DNA of 64,000 nt from the human T2T-CHM13v2.0 reference genome, Homo sapiens: the NCBI RefSeq assembly GCF_009914755.1, contig NC_060931.1. One strand, given 5' to 3'. Of the stretch, positions 57,241-64,000 are shown one piece after another. Positions within the stretch are counted from its first letter, which is position 1; each line of letters begins with the position of its first letter. The notes below the pieces were generated by a model. The model ran no database searches, was not told where the DNA came from, and saw only the letters and a program-made list of their open reading frames with translations. Both the position numbers and the translations under genes were made by a program.

Positions 57241-60200
57241 TTTTCCCAGAGGCATTCTGTGGATGCCAGTGTCAAGAAGGATCAAGTGTATTCAGGGGAA
57301 GCATCACTGCTACAATCCCTTCAGAGTCTAGGAGAAAAGGAAGCAGTTGGAAAACATAATCTCCCCTGGCCTTCTCTCTGCCAACTCAGAGAACCAACCG
57401 GAGCCTTGGGGATACATAAACTCAACCTCAGAGATAAGGACAATTCAGCATGCTGCTTCAGCTACTCTGCCTCTTTTTAACACTTACAGCCTGGTTGAAA
57501 AATTCTCCACATAGGCATGATTAGTTATCATGATACCAGATCACTTGGCAAAGCTCCCTGAGCTATCAGACCACTGTATTTGCCTTAAGAAAACCCCTGA
57601 AAGCATGCTGATTTGGAGGGAGTCCACACAGCCCCAGCAACATATGAGCTGTCAGAATGATGTTCTGCAGAGGAGAGTACAGCTTTATATTCTGGGTTGC
57701 CTAGATTAAATATCACCTCCTGTGGGTATACGAGTGTGTGTGTGTTTGAGTAGGTGGATGTGTTTATATGGGAAAGGCCTTCTTTTTTTGCGAAAAGAAA
57801 AATTCTTTTAAATCGAGTACAATTTTAAAACCTGCCTTTTGTACATATGTATATTGACTGACTTTAAACATTTATTCTTTAATTTGATCAAATCATTTAA
57901 TTCCATAAATATTCACTAGAGAATATTTTCCATAAAATTCACTAGAGAAATTCTCTCCAGTGGTGGGACGGTAGAATACCATACATGGAGTTCTAGTGAA
58001 CTTTTCACTGGATGATAATCACTCCTGATTTATTTCAAATGGGCATTAAAATCTCAGTGACAAGATCTGCAGAGGCATCAGGTACAGGGTGTCAAGTGGC
58101 CCTTAAGCCTAAGGAGTAACAAGAGGCACGGGAAGCACTTGGAAGATGAATGTGATTATTGCTTTCAGGATAATGCCATTTAAAGACGAAGCATTTGGTA
58201 TTAGGCACAGAAGAATTATCTTCTGTGAAAAAGAAAAATTTCATTTCATTTTTTTTAAAATAATCACCAGATATAGTCTTTTCAAATTAAAAGTCTCCAT
58301 TGGTATCAGACAGCCAGCACCTGGGGAAGGCCAAACATGAATGCATATGATGGCTCCAAATAGCACAGATAAATTTAGAAGCTTCACTCACCAAACAGGA
58401 TGGGATCCCTCTGGCTCTTAGGCCTGGTTGTGCTTGTATTCTGAACTGACACATACTGCACACTGGTGTCCTTTGCTCACATTGCTTTTCTCCGTCTATA
58501 ACCTACTTGTGTCACCTCTACTCCCTCTTGCTTGCCTACTAAGCTTCTTATTGACATACTCAGATCTTTAGCTATTCGATTGATGTCTTTGAATAAATGT
58601 GGGTATCCGTAAGTTCATCGGCATGTGTGTTAGGGTATCCCTGTGGGTTTATGTACATTTGTATATGTTTACATATATGTAAGTGGACTTCAGAAAAAGC
58701 CTAGATTTGGGCAGCCACTCGGATCTCGACTCGCTTCCTCCACTTAACCATAGGTCTTTGGCACTATTCCACATTAGGTAGAAGAGCATTCTCTCTGGAG
58801 GATTAGGGTTGTATAGTTCCCTGTCTGTAGAGTTTAGAACAAGGAACTTCCTCCCTCCTGTTTTTTCTTATCTGCCTCCTTAACAAAGCAGGCAATGAGA
58901 AGAGCTATTACACGTTTAGGAAAAACATTGCCCAGATTTTTATTTCAGTAACTGCTTTCAGGACAGCAGGAATCCTGTATGTCACAGATGTACCAATTAT
59001 GGTATTATAATGATGGAAACGAAAAGAAACATAACCATTTATTACCACCACCATGAAACCAAGTGTCACATACTCTGGGGTGAGCTGGACCTTGAGAAGT
59101 CATTGTTCCAGTCCAAGTTTTCTGAGTGAAAGGCAACTCCCTCCACTTCCTTCTGTTGTTTCGTGACATTACTGATATAGGTCAGACACATCAAAACTAG
59201 TTTTCGTTACGTGAGAACACAAAAGAATATTTAAATTCTTAAAAATTGTGAGTGTTTCTAATAACTTTTTAAAGCTTAGAAATATCCAGAATAAAAGAGA
59301 ACAGCACTATATAAAAAGTTAAATTAGTGGCTACCATGTACCAGGCATTTTTATATAATTCTCAATAGTCAGACTTTTCAACCATTCTGCGTAGTGATAT
59401 TGCTGCTGAAAGTCGGGGTGGTTAAATGACCTGACTTAGACTATACACCTATTAAATAGTAGAGCAAGAATAGTAGCTATATCTTTCTATCAGTAGTCAT
59501 CTATTAAGCTAGGAGTTAAATGGGCACACAAATGGATTTCCTGTTGCTTTCTTCCATTTCTAGGCCTTAGTATCATGTTAGTGTAAATGAAATCCTTTTC
59601 CTCTTTTATTTTCAAGCCAGGGCTCTAACTTTTTAGATTTAGGAACCACATCAAATTCCATTCGGTATCAAATCTAATATATAATTTATAGTAGGTACTT
59701 AATAAAAATATGTTGATATTGACTGTTCTTAATTTCTTGAAGAATAGTTCATATCTCTGTCTCCTTTCACCTATTCTTAATTGGCTTTCTTCTCTCACTT
59801 TTTATTCATATATAATCTTCTTTTCCTGACTCCATGGGTTAGAACTACTTAATTGTTTGAAGTTTGTAAAGTTTTCAGCCAAGTTTAAGGAAAACACCAA
59901 AGACATTGAAATGAAATGACTGTAAGTTTTTTAAAAAATACTCTTGGGTATAAGTTCTTTTTTAGTTCTCTCTCTCTCTCTCTCCGAAGGACCACAATGT
60001 AAAATAAAATGTAGGAATAATAAAAATTGTGCTGATAAGATATTTGTTCAATATATAAAATATTTCTAGATTTAAAGTTTATTTCTGGGACCAGGGCTTT
60101 AAATGCTAGCTGGTTATATGTCCCACAATGTTATCAGGTGCCTACTCTGTGCCAGATTATGTACTTGGGTCAGAATGTAGAGAGGAAAGGCATGGTTTCT

Positions 60201-61479
60201 ACCTGTAAGCAGATTAAGGTCTGATGACCTCAGTATGAGGTTTAGGGCTATAATGTCTAGACATGTAAACCAACTATCGCATTGCCATGGGACAAGGGCT
60301 ATAATAGAGACTATGCAAGTATTTTGGAAGAACAGAATAATGGTATCTTACAGAGACCTTGGGTCAGGAAAGTTTTCCTAAAGAAGTTGGCACACAAAAG
60401 GAGATTTGAAGAACCAACAGTAGTAGTTGCCTCCATAGAAAAGAGAAAGAGAAGAGGAAGTAAGCAATTGGATGAACCTCGAGGTTCTTTCCTTTATAAT
60501 TTACAAGGTTAGGTTAGGCTTAATTTAATCTGTTTATTTTTTATTTTATTTTTATTTTTTGGAAACCTGCTTCTTTAAATACATTTACAAAGTATTTATT
60601 ACTACTTTTGCTCTTTTCATTTTGTAAGGCTGGCTGAATTCGCAATATAATTTGTCAAAATCTTAGCCAAACTGTCTATTTATCTTCAATTAATTGAAAT
60701 AGTGGAGTGGGTTCTGAATTTGTATTGTCTAATTTTTTACATTTCTAATTAAATAAAATTCTGCTACCATGAAGTCTCAACCACTTTAACAAAGGTTTGC
60801 CTAGTGAATATCCATGACTTCCTTTATTGAAAAGACAAGATTTGTAATGAACATGTCAGCTATTGAAAGCAGATGCTTTATGTTAATTGAAAGTAATTTC
60901 TTCTCTTAAAGTGGTTAATTGTATTTCCTAAAGTTTGTATAATACCATTCATTTGCTCAGAGATGTATTTTTTTCACAAATAGAATACTAGTAAGTTTCT
61001 GCCCAACTCATCCTAAATGATGAGTTACAAATTACTGTATTGCAGATGAATGTGGTATTGCAATGTATATAAATGAACATTTGTTATTGCACTGTAACAG
61101 GATTTAGATTTACAATCTTTAAAATGCAAAACCAGCAAGAAATGTTTGCAAAAACTTTTTTTGGTTTAATACCATAACAAGAATTATACAATTAGACCCT
61201 TAACATCCATATTAATGAGTAGCCTGGGGTTATAAAATAGATAAGGAGAGGGGAGGAAGGCAGAAAACTGAATAAGAATTGATCACTTTTGCTGCAGATC
61301 CTGAGAGATGAGGTCATATCCATTGCAACACCTTACACATTTTACCTAATACCAAATTGGGCTTTGTACAAGCTCTACCACCAGGTGAATGTGTGAATGT
61401 GAATGGATCATTTGTTTATTTATTTTTTTGTAGCTGCGTTGTGTTCCATTAAGTCTCTTCTATAAATATATTGAATTCT

Positions 61480-61945
61480 GATCTTGTATGCAAATATTTA
61501 TAATGCCTTTATTCATCATTAATAAAATTTAAAAGCAATCCAAATATCCATCAACAGGTAAATATATACCTGTGATAATTACATATAATGAAATATTTCT
61601 CAGTTACAAAAAGACACCAAGTGCTGATGCATGCATGGGTGAATCTCAAATACATTGTGTTAAATGAAGAATATAGATTTAAAGACAATATGATGTTTGG
61701 TTCCATTTAGATGACATTCTAGGAAAGGCAAATTATAGGGACAGAAAATATATCTGGGGTAAAAATAATGAGCTAATTGTCCAATCCAAAAGTCACCAAA
61801 AGAAAAACAGAATTAACCCAATGAAAGTAAGAGGAAGAATATTAGTAAGTATAAGAAGACAAATTGGAGAAAGAAAAATCAAACCAAAAATTTAAAAATC
61901 CACAAAACTAAATGTAACTTCTATGAAAGAAAATAAAAGAAAAAA
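61480..61945 (+). mobile_element. L1ME 3' fragment plus L1 ORF2 fragment
   Basis: 'caatccaaatatccatcaacagg...catgggtgaatctcaaatacatt...ggaaaggcaaaatta'. Confidence 0.7.
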
Positions 61946-62133
61946 ATGATGGAATTCATCCCCATTCTTGCGGTATTCTTCTGTGTGGAGCATGATCTGT
62001 TAACAGAATCTCACTCCACCCCTCACAACTTTGCACTTAAAAAGGTGGAGGTAATTAGTGTGTTTGGAAAGCGTAGCTGGCCACAATTAGCCAGTGTCTC
62101 TCTGTCTCTGTCTCTTTCTCTATTTTGCCCTAG

Positions 62134-62157
62134 ACACATAGACACATGGAATTCAAA
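62134..62157 (+). other. Candidate 24-nt microexon
   Basis: Long pyrimidine tract + TTTTGCCCTAG | ACACATAGACACATGGAATTCAAA | GTAAGA. Confidence 0.25.
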
Positions 62158-62714
62158 GTAAGAAAGAAAACTAAGACGTGAAGATTCTGGAAAAATAAAG
62201 TAACCGAGTTTAACATATTTGGTAAGCAGGGCTGCTGTTGCACAAATGTGGCTCCATAGAAAAGATGGTCAGTGTGTGTGGAGCCCCTCCACCCTCCACC
62301 ATTTACTGAAAATGCACATGCTCAAATTAACATTTTGATGGGCAGTTTAAATTCATAGGTCATGGATTCTGAATTGCTTGAATGATGGCATGGCTAAATA
62401 AGGATTTTCTCTATTTATGTTCTCTCAATCAGTTACCATTGAGAATGCAATATGATCTTTGACATCTCCAAATACTGACTTCTGGGAACATAATTTTGCC
62501 TGGGATAACTGCTCTGTGCTCTGAGGATGCTGTATTATTTTGTGTGTGTGCAGTCAGAGTGGTCATACTCTAGGATGTCCTGTTAATGAATTGGATTTTA
62601 AAAATGAGCAACCCCAGAAACTTGGTATTGATTAATTTAATTTCCAAGGACTCAAAGGAGTCCTACCCATTTCTGGGAAAGGTGGTTCAGGCTGAAGCCA
62701 CTGAAGAAAGTAAA

Positions 62715-62960
62715 TTAATTCCTTATTGAGAGTTAATTATATGCCAAGAAATCTTTTAAGGAGTTAACATACATTACTTTAGGTAAAACTCACATTGTCT
62801 TTTTGAGATGGCTAATAATATTTCCATTTTACAGATTAGGTATCTGAGAGACAAAGAGCTTAAAAAACTTCTCCATGGTCACACAACTATTAAGTAATCT
62901 CCATAGGATTCAAATGCAGGAAATCTGATTTAGACTCCGTGCTTTTATCCATTACATTCA
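62715..62960 (-). mobile_element. MIR
   Basis: 'ttattgagag...tttccattttacagatt...ggtcacacaacta...ggattcaaa'. Confidence 0.75.
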
Positions 62961-64000
62961 AACACCTAGACAAATACAACTAAGCTTTGAAATTGAGCTG
63001 AAATAAGAAGTTGAGGTAGACTTAAATTTCTGGGAACTAGTAACATAGAAGGGAAATATAATTTTGGATCTATCCATCTTTTGACCTTTTGGCTTTGACT
63101 TACAAGGGGATTTGATAGTTGGCTCTGTTTTCTTGTTTTTTTTTTCCCCAGGAGAATCTGATGATGGCAGGAGATTTATATTTGCATCTAAAGCATCTCT
63201 GTGCTGCTGGAATTTTATTGTTACAGTGTCTTTATGTAGTTTATTATTAAAACATAGTTATGATGTCATTTGAGCTCATCGAGGACCTCTGAAAAAGTGG
63301 CTAAACGTAATTTGAGAATGGAAATAGAATAAAGAGTGACTTTTCAGCCTTGAGTACAGAGTGGCCTTGGAAATGATTTAATTAATGCACTCTTCTGACC
63401 CATATCCGAGAAGAAAGCCAGACAAGCAGTTGTTAAATGTAGAGTGGCATCGTGAAGGATTATTCCGAGGGACAGCTAATCGTTTCCCAGAAAGGAGGTA
63501 GCACATCTCAACTGACCATAACTTTAATAGTTAAGCCAATGAATTAAGATAACAAAACCTGGGTAATACTGGGGTGCTAATGCTTCTTCTTTTCCCCTGA
63601 TAATTACCTCCATGTGAAAAGAAACACTTTGGCATAATTCTCTTGGCCCTTTGCTACCTATTATTCACTCTGTCCAAGGGAAGACGAAATGCTGTGACTG
63701 ATTGGAAGGAGAAAGAAGGCATGAGTGGCCAGCACTTTCCTTTTCTTCTAACGAGCCAGCAGACTGCAGATAATGTACATTGTGTTTTGGATCTCTAGGA
63801 GTAGCTCTGCCTTAGGACTGGAGCTCTGCTCCAGTCCAGTACTACTGAGTGGGACAAATGTTCTCACTCAAGGGTTCACTACTACAAAGTCCACTTTCTT
63901 GTAGATAACAGAAACACTTAATATCAGCATTAACATTCCAAAATGTTTATTCTGTTTTCTACATATCTTATTCCTTTTATCTTATTTTTGAAGTGGTTTA

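Noticed and set aside
56119-57480. Cluster of overlapping 60-100 aa ORFs
   Set aside because: Present on both strands, no domain similarity, and partly within a MIR

Overview
AT-rich, CpG-poor human genomic DNA; an AluYa5 matching consensus at 43838-44149 indicates human. I found no host protein-coding gene, RNA gene, CpG island or CRISPR array. Nearly all ORFs in the track are by-products of Alu, L1 or LTR sequence, or are random. Well over half the window is interspersed repeat: about ten Alu-family elements, L1s of many ages (a near-continuous nested block at ~24-41.6 kb), MaLR and ERV1-type LTRs, a fossil ERV-L pol, L2/MIR, Tigger3, MER58 and MER85. The main unexpected signals are: (1) an L1PB whose 5' half and host flank were inverted after insertion, with ~3 kb deleted and templated filler at the breakpoints; (2) a twin-primed L1PA2-like insertion whose junction creates a new ATG-initiated 225-aa ORF carrying the intact ORF2p C-terminus; (3) a strong CTCF site with upstream motif; (4) two bHLH + PBX/MEIS motif clusters; (5) a candidate 24-nt microexon; (6) several palindromes and local duplications. 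I cannot support a wholly new biological system from the sequence alone. Subfamily names come from recalled consensus sequences, and boundaries of old repeats are approximate.
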